Assembly (NCBI GenBank): GCA_963727455.1
Contig: CAVSGG010000005.1
Coordinates: 352,001-416,000 of the forward strand
Reading direction: 5' to 3'
DNA: 64,000 nucleotides
DNA from: Candidatus Krumholzibacteriota bacterium
GTDB taxonomy: Bacteria > Krumholzibacteriota > Krumholzibacteriia > JAJRXK01
The number at the start of each line of letters is the position of its first letter. The first letter of the stretch is position 1. The position numbers and the translations under genes were made by a program. The notes under the pieces are model-generated. The model was not told the DNA's origin, made no database searches, and saw nothing but the letters and a program-made list of their open reading frames with translations. Below are positions 8,851 to 19,000 of this stretch, piece after piece.

Positions 8851-10843
8851 GAGAAGACACTCTCCCGCCCAGGATTCTGCCAAGTGCTCCGGCCGCGCGT
8901 GCATGCGCCGCCGCGAGAGTTTCCCCGCGGCGGCACAGGACCGCTTTCGGGAAACAAGACCAAAAAGATTATCATTGGCCCCACGCACTGGCAAGCTTGC
9001 CGCTCTTTCTCTTGGAATTCGGCGGCCTGCCGTCTTGGCCGGATTTCTCTTGCTGGCGGGTTTGACCCAAGGGGCCGCGGCGGAGGACTTCCTTTGGCCT
9101 CTGCCGGATGCTCCGCGCCGGATGACGGGGACTTTCATGGAGTTCCGCGCCGGGCGGTACCACAGTGGAGTGGATTTGCGCACGGAGGGCCGCGAGGGCC
9201 TAAAGGTAGTGGCGCCCGCCCCGGGTTCGGTGGTACGGCTGCGCACCAGCGCGAGGGGCTATGGAATCGCGGTCTATCTGCGGCTTCAGGATGGCCGGGA
9301 ACTGGTCTTCGCTCATCTCTCCGCCCTGGCCGACCGTCTGCGAGCGCCTCTCTTGGCCGCATGGCGCGCGAGCGGAAGCTACGAGCAGGACCTGCGGCTC
9401 CAGGCTGACGCCCTCCGGGTGAAACGAGGCGAGCTCTTGGCACTCAGCGGTTCTACCGGCGTGGGAGCGCCGCACCTGCATCTGGAGCTGCGAGATACCG
9501 CGGAGCGGCCTCTGAACCCGCTGACGCACGGCTTCGCTCTGCCGGATAGCGTCGCCCCCCGCATCACGGCGGTGCGATTGGTGCCGCTTTCACCGGGGGC
9601 GAGAGTGCAGGGCGGGCGCGCGTCGCGCGTGCTTGTCCCCGGAGAGTCGGTCGCGGTAGCGGGAAGCTTGGGCGTAATGGTGGCGGTGGACGATCGTAGC
9701 GGCTTCACGCCGTTTCGACTCGGCCCGGCCGAGGTGCGTGCAACGCTGAACGGACGCGAGATCTATCGTCTGCGTAACGACTCCTTCGCCTTCTCCCAAA
9801 CCGGCCAAATGCGACTGGAACGAGCCGAGGATCCGCTGGATCCAAGGGTTTCGTGGCTGCGGCTCTACCGGCGTTCGGGCAACGAATTGCCGGGGCGCAG
9901 CGCAGCCGGTCCCGAGGGGATGAGCTTCTCGATCGCGGCGGGCGAGGACGCAATTCTCCGGCTGAGTGCGCGCGACGCAGCGGGGAACGAAGGCAGCGCC
10001 GAATTCAGGCTGCGCGGCGAAGGCGCTGCGTCCACGGCTGCTTCCGCGGCGTCGACCTGGGTACCCTACGCTGCGGAAGGGGCGGCTGGTTCTGCAGAGT
10101 CCGGCCGCGGACTGTTGGGAGGTGTTGGCGGCGCAAAGCGCCTGGTCTTCGCCCTAGGCCGCCAGGATTCGCTCTGGGTCGAGGACCCCGACGGGCGGGC
10201 CCTCTATCCCGGTGGGGTGGTCTGGCTCGAGCCGCGGACCGACCGATTGCCGCCCCCTTCGGGGATGCGGATCTCGGGTTCGGGGTGCGTTCTGAGAACG
10301 GCGGGAGCGGTGTTTCGTGAGGGACTCCAGGTCGATCTCCGCACGACCGGCCTAGCGCACCCCCGGCAGTATGCTCTCTACCGACGGGGACCCAAGCAAC
10401 GCTGGAATTTCGTGGCGGGACCCCTGGATTCGACCGGTGTTCTCTCCGGTAGGGTGGACGGTCCGGGGACCCTGGCCCTCTGTCGTGATCGAAGGGCGCC
10501 GCAGCTCGGCAGCTTCGCCGCCGGGACCAGGAGACTTCATTCCGGGGCGAAACTCGCGGCATTGTCCGCCGGCGCGCGTCGGGCCGCGGCAGGGATGACG
10601 CTTCCTCCCTGGCCCGCGATCAGTCTTCGGGTGGTGGATGAAGGAGCGGGAATTGGGGACGAGGGTCCCGCCGCTCTCCTGGATGGCGAACCCTATCCCG
10701 CGCGCTGGGATCCGGAGGGGGGGCGCCTCGTCTTCGAGTTCTGGCTCGACCCGGGTCCCGGGGAGCATCGCCTGACCGTACAGGCCCAAGACCGCGTGGG
10801 AAATTCCGCAAGCCGCGAAATTCGCCTGAATTTCGGCTCTTGA
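8849..10843 (+). CDS. M23-family metallopeptidase (exported)
   Basis: HSGVDL (HxxxD) and PHLHLELRD (HxH). The signal-like segment at about 9030-9085 suggests the true start is downstream of 8849. Confidence 0.8.
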   Translation: MRRHSPAQDSAKCSGRACMRRRESFPAAAQDRFRETRPKRLSLAPRTGKLAALSLGIRRPAVLAGFLLLAGLTQGAAAEDFLWPLPDAPRRMTGTFMEFRAGRYHSGVDLRTEGREGLKVVAPAPGSVVRLRTSARGYGIAVYLRLQDGRELVFAHLSALADRLRAPLLAAWRASGSYEQDLRLQADALRVKRGELLALSGSTGVGAPHLHLELRDTAERPLNPLTHGFALPDSVAPRITAVRLVPLSPGARVQGGRASRVLVPGESVAVAGSLGVMVAVDDRSGFTPFRLGPAEVRATLNGREIYRLRNDSFAFSQTGQMRLERAEDPLDPRVSWLRLYRRSGNELPGRSAAGPEGMSFSIAAGEDAILRLSARDAAGNEGSAEFRLRGEGAASTAASAASTWVPYAAEGAAGSAESGRGLLGGVGGAKRLVFALGRQDSLWVEDPDGRALYPGGVVWLEPRTDRLPPPSGMRISGSGCVLRTAGAVFREGLQVDLRTTGLAHPRQYALYRRGPKQRWNFVAGPLDSTGVLSGRVDGPGTLALCRDRRAPQLGSFAAGTRRLHSGAKLAALSAGARRAAAGMTLPPWPAISLRVVDEGAGIGDEGPAALLDGEPYPARWDPEGGRLVFEFWLDPGPGEHRLTVQAQDRVGNSASREIRLNFGS

Positions 10844-10965
10844 GAGGTGTTTCTGTGCCCCGCTTGCTCCGGCGGGCGGCATTCGCTAGGGTGGCGGCGG
10901 TTGGCCGCGTGTGCCCCAGGCGCGAGCCCGAAAATACCATCACGACATGAGCAACCCCGAGGGCC

Positions 10966-13900
10966 ATGAACGGCGAAACCGGTTTCGTCCATCTCCACGT
11001 ACACAGCGACTACAGCCTGCTGGACGGCGCGGTGAAAGTGAAGGCGCTCGCTCACCAAGCCGCCGCCCTCAAGATGAATGCGCTCGCGCTCACCGATCAC
11101 GGGAATCTCTTCGGAGCCATCGATTTCTATCAGGCTTGCCGAAAGGAAAAGATCAAGCCCATCCTCGGGATGGAGGCCTACATCGGCCGTAACCGGGGCG
11201 AAGCGCACAGCGAGCACCTCGGGGCGCTGTACCACCTCATTCTTCTGGCCGAGAACGCCACGGGTTGGCGCAACCTCATCAAACTCGCCTCCTTGGGATA
11301 CCTGGAGGGTTTGCACGAGAAGCCGCTTCTGCACAAGGAGATGCTGGCCCAATATCACGAGGGAATCATCGCCACGGGATCCTGCCTCAAAGGGGAGCTC
11401 AACGCGGCTCTGATGGAGCAGGACCTTCCAAGGGCCAAGCAAATCCTCGCCGAATACCAACAGATTTTCGGGCGGGATTCCTTCTTCGTCGAAATCCAGA
11501 ATCACGGCCTAGAGGGGGAGGCGCGGCAGCGCGAGCTGGCTGCAAAGTTGTGCGCGGAAACGGGGGCTCGCATGGTTGCCACCAACGACGTGCATTATTT
11601 GAAAGCCCGCGATGCGGTAGCGCACGACGTTCTCATGGCGATCCAGAGTTCGCGCACGATCGACGATCCCTCGCGTCCGCGCTACGAGGGCAACCAGCAC
11701 TATCTGAAGTCGGCGCAGGAAATGGCGGAGGTGTTCCCTGACTTTCCCGATGCTCTGGCCAACACGGTCGAGATCGCCGAGCGCTGCCAAGTGGAACTGG
11801 AAATGGGGAAGCATCTCCTGCCGGTCTTTCCTCTGCCACCACGCTTCTCGGAGCCGGACGATTATTTGAGAGAACTCGCGCGGGAAGGCGCATGCGAGCG
11901 CTATGGGGCCATCGATGAGACTATCACGAGCCGCCTGGACTACGAACTGGAGGTCATTCGTACCACCGGCTTCGCCGGCTACTTTCTCATCGTCAGCGAT
12001 TTCGTGCGCAATGCGAGAGAGATGGGGATCCCCGTGGGTCCCGGCCGCGGGAGTGCCGCGGGAAGCTTGGTCTGCTACTGCATTCGCATCACCGATGTGG
12101 ATCCGCTGGCTCACGGTCTCCTGTTCGAACGCTTCTTGAACCCCGAACGCGTATCGATGCCCGATATCGACATCGACTTTTGCTTCGAGCGCCGCGGAGA
12201 GATCATCGACTTCGTGAACCAAAAATACGGCGCGGAGAGCGTTTGCCAGATCATTACCTACGGCGCAATGCTGGCGCGCGGCGTTCTCCGCGACGTGGGA
12301 CGGGCCATGGGGATGAACTACGGCGAAGTCGACCGCATCGCGAAGATGGTTCCCGAGCAACTGGGGATCACTCTGAAGAAGGCGCTCGAGGACACTCCGG
12401 AGCTGCGGGAAGTTCGGGACGAGGATCCGCGCTACAACCGCCTGCTCGACACTGCGCTCTCTCTCGAGGGCCTCTACCGCCACACCTCGATCCACGCGGC
12501 CGGGGTTCTCATCGCGCCCGGCGACCTCACCGACAACGTTCCTCTCTACAAGACGAGTAAGAACGAAATTACCACGCAATGGGACATGAAGACGGTGGAG
12601 ACCATGGGTCTGCTCAAGATGGACTTCTTGGGGCTGAGAACGCTCACCGTCATCGAAAAAGCGTTGGAGTTCGTGCGCGCGGAACATCCCGAACGGAAGG
12701 ACTTGGATGCTTCGCAAATTCCGCTCGCAGATCCCGCGGTCTACGAAATGCTGTCGCGCGGGGAAACGGTGGGCGTGTTCCAGTTGGAATCCAGCGGCAT
12801 GCGTGAGGTGCTCAGGAAACTGAAACCCACTGGATTCGAGGACATCACCGCCGTGAACGCGCTCTACCGCCCCGGCCCCTTGGGAAGCGGCATGGTGGAG
12901 GACTTCATCGAACGCAAACACGGCCGCAAGCGCATCGAGTATCCGCACCCCCAGCTCGAACCCATTCTCAAGGAGACCTACGGCGTCATCCTCTATCAGG
13001 AGCAGGTCATGCGCATTGCCGGCGACATGGCCGGGTTCAGCATGGGACAAGCCGATACGCTGAGAAAGGCGATGGGCAAGAAGAACCATGCGGTGATGAC
13101 GCAGATGGAAAAGGCCTTCGTGGACGGCGCGGTGCAGCGCGGGGTGAAGCGCGCCACTGCCCAAAAGATCTTCGACCTCATGGCCTACTTTGCGGGCTAC
13201 GGATTCAACAAGAGCCACAGCGCCAGCTATGCCGTGCTCTCGGTGCGCACGGCCTGGTTGAAGACGCACCATCCGGCCGCGTTCTTGGCGGCAACTCTGA
13301 CCAGCGAAATGAACAACACAGACCGGGTCGTGGCTCTGATCGATGAGGCACGTCATCTCTCGCTCGAAGTTCTGCCGCCGGACGTGAACACCTGCACCGC
13401 CGATTTCAAAGCCAACGGCCGCAGCATCCGCTTTGGGCTGGGCGCGGTGAAGAACGTGGGCCGGGGCGCGATCGAGGCCATCGTGCAGGCGCGTGAGGAA
13501 CTGGGGGGGAGCTTCGGCGGTTTCTACGAGTTCTGCGAGAAGATCGACGGTTCGCGGGTGAACCGAAGGGTCATCGAGAGCCTGATCTATGCGGGTGCGC
13601 TGGACTCTCTGCCGGGGAGACGGGAGCAGAAGCTGAAGGTCCTGGATCAAGCGCTTCGGAGGGCCGCCCGGCGCCAGCGCGATCGGCTGCGCGGGCAGAC
13701 CGGGCTTTTCGAGAGCAGCGAGGAGACGCGCGGCGGCGAGAGCCCGCTTCCGGAGGTTCCGCCGTGGGACGAGGGGAAGCGGCTGGAGAAGGAGAAGGAA
13801 CTTCTGGGTCTCTACCTCACGGGTCATCCTCTGAACCAGTACCGACAGATTCTGAACTGGCTCGAGCCCGAGAGCATCGGACAACTCGAACAGCGCGGCG

Positions 13901-14490
13901 ACGACCAGGCCCTCAGCGTGTGCGGGGTAATCCACGGGCTCAAAACGGTCGTGACGCGCTCGAGCGGTCGCGTCATGGCCTTTCTCACCCTGGAGGATTT
14001 CGCGGGACAGTGCGAGGTGATCTGCTTCCCGGACGCCTACGAGGAGCACCGGGCCCTCCTGACCGGGGGAGAGGAGATCCTCTTCGTGATCGGGCGGACC
14101 AGTTCGCGATCGGGCGAGGAGAGCAAGCTGGTGCTGGAAAAGGCCTATGGACTCGACGGTGCCTGCCGTCTTCTCATTCGTTCGCTGAAGGTCACCGTTC
14201 CCGCCGATCTGCCCGCGGCCCGCGCCGAGGAGCTGCTTGCCCTCATTCGGGCGCATCCCGGCCGTACCCCTTTGAATTTGCGAATCCTGGAGGAGGATTT
14301 CGAGGCAGAAGTGACCGCAACCAAGGCCTCCGTGGAACCGGTACCGAGTTTGCTGCTGGGCCTTGCCGGGCTATTGGGCGAAGAAGCGGTCGAACCCGTT
14401 TGCTTGAACCCGAATGGCTTCGTAGAGTCCACGCGCGCCAACGGCCGGAAGCGCCGCGGGATGGCGGCCAACGGCCAGTCCAAGCATTGA
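10966..14490 (+). CDS. dnaE: DNA polymerase III subunit alpha
   Basis: HLHVHSDYSLLDG PHP domain, GPGRGSAAGS, MPDIDIDF, KMDFLGL, YGFNKSHS. No intein seen. Confidence 0.98.
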   Translation: MNGETGFVHLHVHSDYSLLDGAVKVKALAHQAAALKMNALALTDHGNLFGAIDFYQACRKEKIKPILGMEAYIGRNRGEAHSEHLGALYHLILLAENATGWRNLIKLASLGYLEGLHEKPLLHKEMLAQYHEGIIATGSCLKGELNAALMEQDLPRAKQILAEYQQIFGRDSFFVEIQNHGLEGEARQRELAAKLCAETGARMVATNDVHYLKARDAVAHDVLMAIQSSRTIDDPSRPRYEGNQHYLKSAQEMAEVFPDFPDALANTVEIAERCQVELEMGKHLLPVFPLPPRFSEPDDYLRELAREGACERYGAIDETITSRLDYELEVIRTTGFAGYFLIVSDFVRNAREMGIPVGPGRGSAAGSLVCYCIRITDVDPLAHGLLFERFLNPERVSMPDIDIDFCFERRGEIIDFVNQKYGAESVCQIITYGAMLARGVLRDVGRAMGMNYGEVDRIAKMVPEQLGITLKKALEDTPELREVRDEDPRYNRLLDTALSLEGLYRHTSIHAAGVLIAPGDLTDNVPLYKTSKNEITTQWDMKTVETMGLLKMDFLGLRTLTVIEKALEFVRAEHPERKDLDASQIPLADPAVYEMLSRGETVGVFQLESSGMREVLRKLKPTGFEDITAVNALYRPGPLGSGMVEDFIERKHGRKRIEYPHPQLEPILKETYGVILYQEQVMRIAGDMAGFSMGQADTLRKAMGKKNHAVMTQMEKAFVDGAVQRGVKRATAQKIFDLMAYFAGYGFNKSHSASYAVLSVRTAWLKTHHPAAFLAATLTSEMNNTDRVVALIDEARHLSLEVLPPDVNTCTADFKANGRSIRFGLGAVKNVGRGAIEAIVQAREELGGSFGGFYEFCEKIDGSRVNRRVIESLIYAGALDSLPGRREQKLKVLDQALRRAARRQRDRLRGQTGLFESSEETRGGESPLPEVPPWDEGKRLEKEKELLGLYLTGHPLNQYRQILNWLEPESIGQLEQRGDDQALSVCGVIHGLKTVVTRSSGRVMAFLTLEDFAGQCEVICFPDAYEEHRALLTGGEEILFVIGRTSSRSGEESKLVLEKAYGLDGACRLLIRSLKVTVPADLPAARAEELLALIRAHPGRTPLNLRILEEDFEAEVTATKASVEPVPSLLLGLAGLLGEEAVEPVCLNPNGFVESTRANGRKRRGMAANGQSKH

Positions 14491-14582
14491 CAAGCCCCGG
14501 CGGACGTTTTTAGCTATGATTCCAGCCGCGGAAAAGGGAACCGGGAAAGACTCCGCGCGCCGCGGGTTCGCAGGAGGGCGCG

Positions 14583-15563
14583 ATGGCTGATCCGAAGAAA
14601 GCAGGAATCCACCTCGAGTTCGAGCGACCGATGGTGGAACTCGAGGAGCGCATCCAGGCGCTTCAGGAATCGGCGCGGGGTACCGAGCTGGACGTGAGCT
14701 CCGAGGTGGAGCAACTCCGTCAGCGCGTCAACAAGCTCGGGGTGCAGATCTTCTCGAAACTGGAGCCCTGGCAAAGGGTCCAACTCGCCCGTCATCCGCG
14801 CCGGCCCTACACGCTCGACTACATCGATCTCATTTTCGAGGACTTCCACGAACTCCACGGAGATCGTTCCTTTCGGGACGATGCAAGCATCGTCGGAGGT
14901 TTCGCCTACCTGGACGAGCGCCCGGTCATGGTGATCGGACATCAGAAAGGACGCGACACCAAGAGCAACATCTACCGCAATTTCGGGATGCCCCATCCCG
15001 AGGGGTATCGCAAGGCCCTTCGACTGATGGAACTCGCGGCGAAGTTCCGGCGCCCCATCGTCACCTTCGTCGATACTCCGGGTGCCTTTCCCGGTCTCGG
15101 CGCCGAGGAGCGGGGTCAGGCCGAGGCCATCGCACACAATCTGAAGGTCATGTCTCGCCTGCGCGTGCCCATCGTGGTGTTTATCACCGGGGAGGGGGGC
15201 AGCGGTGGCGCCCTGGCTCTGGCCGTGGGCGATCGGGTCTACATGTTGGAGAATTCCATCTATTCGGTGATCAGTCCGGAGGGTTGTGCCGCGATTCTCT
15301 GGAAGGATCGCGCCAAAGCCTCCCAGGCCGCCGGTGCCATGCGGATCACCGCGCCCCAGGTCCACGAGCTGGGGGTTGTCGATGGCGTGCTGAGGGAGCC
15401 CTTGGGTGGGGCCCATCGCGACCCGGAGGCCATGGCCGCCACCGTCCGCGAAACCCTGGTCAAGACACTGGGGGAGCTGTCCGCTCTTTCGGTTCAGGCT
15501 TTATTGGACAATCGCCTCTCCAAGTACCTGAACATGGGGGTCTGGCAGCAAGAGGGAAGCTGA
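14583..15563 (+). CDS. accA: Acetyl-CoA carboxylase carboxyltransferase alpha subunit
   Basis: RNFGMPHPEGYRKALR, GEGGSGGALA, YSVISPEGCAAILW. The dnaE-accA order is the familiar one. Confidence 0.98.
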   Translation: MADPKKAGIHLEFERPMVELEERIQALQESARGTELDVSSEVEQLRQRVNKLGVQIFSKLEPWQRVQLARHPRRPYTLDYIDLIFEDFHELHGDRSFRDDASIVGGFAYLDERPVMVIGHQKGRDTKSNIYRNFGMPHPEGYRKALRLMELAAKFRRPIVTFVDTPGAFPGLGAEERGQAEAIAHNLKVMSRLRVPIVVFITGEGGSGGALALAVGDRVYMLENSIYSVISPEGCAAILWKDRAKASQAAGAMRITAPQVHELGVVDGVLREPLGGAHRDPEAMAATVRETLVKTLGELSALSVQALLDNRLSKYLNMGVWQQEGS

Positions 15564-15572
15564 GCCTCCACC

Positions 15573-15602
15573 TTGACGAAAAGCGCCTATCTCCGCTATT
15601 CT
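15573..15602 (+). promoter_or_regulatory. Candidate sigma-70 promoter
   Basis: TTGACG-18 nt-TATTCT just after the accA stop. Confidence 0.45.
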
Positions 15603-15754
15603 TTGAAGAGCCAACCATCTAAGAATTGGGAGGGAGAGGCCCCTCGCCCCGGCTTCTTTTTCCCGCCTCCCGCATGCGCCGACGAAGGTTTCGTCAGCGT
15701 TGTTCTGTGTCTCGCCCAGAGGTTCCCCTGGGGACCCATCGAAAGAGGAGCATT

Positions 15755-16018
15755 TTGATCGCAGACGAACTCTTGAAGCTCTTGGTGTGCCCGCAGACGC
15801 GGACACCAGTCCAGCTCGCGGATTCCGAGCTGCTCGCGCGGGTCAACGATCGTATCGCCCGCAAGGAGCTGCGAACCCACGACGGACGGACGCTGACCGA
15901 GCCTCTCGAAGAGGCTTTGGTTCGAGAAGACGGTGCGGTACTCTATCCCGTTCGCGACGGGATTCCGGTCATGCTCATCGGCGAGTCCATTCTCTTGGAG
16001 GAAACCCACGAGACTTGA
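15755..16018 (+). CDS. Trm112-like protein
   Basis: LLKLLVCP...LYPVRDGIPVML. GAGGAG RBS before TTG 15755. Confidence 0.8.
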   Translation: MIADELLKLLVCPQTRTPVQLADSELLARVNDRIARKELRTHDGRTLTEPLEEALVREDGAVLYPVRDGIPVMLIGESILLEETHET

Positions 16019-16097
16019 TCTCGACCTTCGGAGGTGGGTTGGTGCTTGCGGCTTGATTCTCACGCCGAGGCGGGCCCTCCGAAACAAGCAGACAAGA

Positions 16098-19000
16098 ATG
16101 AGAGCAGTACCCCAGACTCCACGAGTGCTGTTGGGGGCGATTTTTGTCCTGACCTTGACGCACTGTGCCGCGATGGCGAGCCCGGCGTTCGAACTTCAGG
16201 TTCTGGAGCAGAGCGCCGACCGTACGACCTTCCGCGTGATTCTCCCCACTCAGGGCGAGCGCTTCGCGCGCGTCCAAAAGTTCGTCCTCGCGCTTCCTTC
16301 CTCTCGTGCCCCCCGGCTCGAGGTTCTGCATCGCCGGGATGTCTACGATGAGAGCGATCAGCGTGGGGTAGAGCTCCCCGGGATGGAGGATTTGACCCAG
16401 CTGGGCAGGCCGCATCGCGTGCGCGGGGTCTGGCGCGCCGTGCTCTCTCTCTCCTTGCTCTACCGAGGGCAGGATGGGCGTCCGCGTCGTCTGCAGGAGA
16501 TCGAAATCACGGTGAACCATCCGGCGGCGGCTGGGGAATTTGCACCGCCGCCCGCACTGGGGGCCTTCGACCCGGCCGTACACTTCGCTGCGGCTCCCTT
16601 CGTCAATCCGGCCGCGGCGCGCTCCTTCCGCCGGGCCTCCATCCTTCGCCAATCGGCTTCTGCCAAAGTGGCCGGGGAAAACGACACCTTCGCCCGTAGC
16701 TCGCACTGGCTTCGCCTGGAGATCTCACGGACAGGTCTCTACCGCCTGCGCTACGAGGACCTGGAGGCCCTTCTGCAGGCAGATGCTGCTTCCATCGATC
16801 CCGCTTCCCTGCGGCTCTTCTCGGCCCCGCAACTCCTGCAAGCGATCGACCCCAATAAGCCGGGACAGAGTTGGGAGTCCGATTACGAGCTGAAGGAACG
16901 CGCGATCTCCGTGGTGGCATCCGCTCCGGCCGCTGGGATGGGAGCCGGCGACTACATCCTATTCTATGCCGGCGGCATCGATACCTGGATGGATCGTCAC
17001 GACCCCTCGGTCGACGATCCCTACGCCCACGTGGAACACCAGTACGCGGATCACCTCGCGCTGTGGTTGAGTTGGGACGAGATTGGCCTGAGCGATTCCA
17101 CCTTTCCCGCCAGCCCGCAGCGAATGAGTCAACTCGATGCGACTCCGGATCCGGACCCTGCCCAGGATCTCTCCGACTACCGCGACCGACTGCACCTCGA
17201 AGACTCCGCCGCCATGCGATACGGAATCGTCAAGGACAACTGGACCATGACCTCTAGCCCACTGCGTGCGGGGGAGGGGTTCACGAAGAACTGGACAACG
17301 GACCACGTATTGGCGGACAGCACCGCTTACATCTTCGTGAATCCGGTCATGATTCCCGCCAGTAGCGTGGCGAGCATCGAGCTGCTCTCCAACGGGACCA
17401 ACGCCGGGAACTACACTTGGTCCTCTGCTCTTCAATTGAGCGGCGAGATCGTTCGCTTCGGGGGCGCGGCGATGGCACCGCTCGATGGCGGCAATCAAAT
17501 CCAGATCGTGAATCGCTCTACGAGTGTGAAGATCGATCTTGATCTCATCGACCTGAGCTATCGTCGCGGCTTCTTCACGCGTTCGGGCAGCCTCGAGTGG
17601 ATGGTATTTCCCGATGAGGCGGCCACTCCTGTCTCACGGACCATGCATCTACGGGACGAAGAGCAGGCGAGCGCGGGCTTCGACCTGGAGAGCCTGGTGT
17701 TGAACACGACGGATCCCGATCATCCCGTCATCCTCACCGGGGCTGCCGTCGATCAGGACTCGCAAGGGCTTCGTTTCAAGTCCGTCTTGCAAGCCGGGGA
17801 ACACTTCGCCGCGTACGAATCGGCGGCGCTCCTCAAGGTCGAAGCCATGAAACTCGGACGCCCGCGACTCTTGCGGAGTGAAGTTTTCGCGCAGGGAGGC
17901 TGGGACTATCTCGCGGTGGGACCGGCGGACCTGATCGCTGGTGCCGACGAACTGGTGAATTACCACAGTCAGGTGCTGCGCGACCCGAACGGCCAACTTC
18001 TGCCCGCTCCGCGCGTGACGGACGTCGACCTGCAGGATATCTGGGACAATTTCGGCTACGGTGTCAAGGAGCCGGCAGCGCTGCGCAATTTCCTGAAATT
18101 CTGCTACCTCCATCCGGTCCGTCAGGAAGCGGGTCGGCAAACCCAATACGCACTTCTGGTGGGCGATGCCAGCCGGGACTACCGCAGTCGGCTTCCCGGG
18201 AGCACCGGCGAAGAGGAGCGCGATCGCTGTCCCACCTTCGTGCAGACCCACTGGCCCTACAGCAACGAGACCCAGGCGGGGCAGTCGCAGTATGCACCCT
18301 ATGCCAGTGACGACTGGTTTGGGGCCTTCGACGCGCCGGACAGTTCCACCAGTGTCTTCAGTAGCCATCTCGCCCCCTATGACTTGCCCGAACTGGGCCT
18401 GGGCCGAATGCCGGTAGCTGATCTCTCAGAGGCTCGGCTGATGGTGCGTCGCGCCACCGAGTACCAGACCGCACCCGAACCCGGCGGCTGGCGCAACGAC
18501 GTCCTCTTGGTCTGCGACGACGAGGTCGGTCTCGCATCGGGATCGGTCAGAGAGACAATGCACATCAATGAGGGGGAGATCCTGGCCGAGAGTCTCATTC
18601 CGGACGTGGTGGACGTGACGAAGCTTTATCTGACCGAGTACCCCAATCCGCCGGGGCCGCGCAACAAGCCGGCGGCGCGCGCGGAGATGCGACGCTCCTG
18701 GTCGGACGGAAAGCTCATCGTGCACTACATCGGCCATGGTTCGCCGCGCCAGCTGGCCGACGAGAAGGTCTTCCTCATCGAGGACGTTGCCGCCTTGACC
18801 AACGAGAGCCGGCTGCCCCTGTTTCTCGCCTTCTCCTGCGACGTTTCGATCTTCGATTCACCCACCGAGAAGAGCATGGCGGAACAGCTGGTACTCCATG
18901 AGGGGGGAGGGGCGATCGCGAGCATCGCGGCCACTCAGGTGACCTTCGTCCAGTCGAACGACAACCTGACCAACGACTTCTATCCGCTGCTCTTTCCCAG

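Noticed and set aside
11509-14256. 915-aa antisense ORF inside dnaE
   Set aside because: Shadow ORF typical of high-GC codon bias. It has no recognisable motifs and fully overlaps an essential gene.
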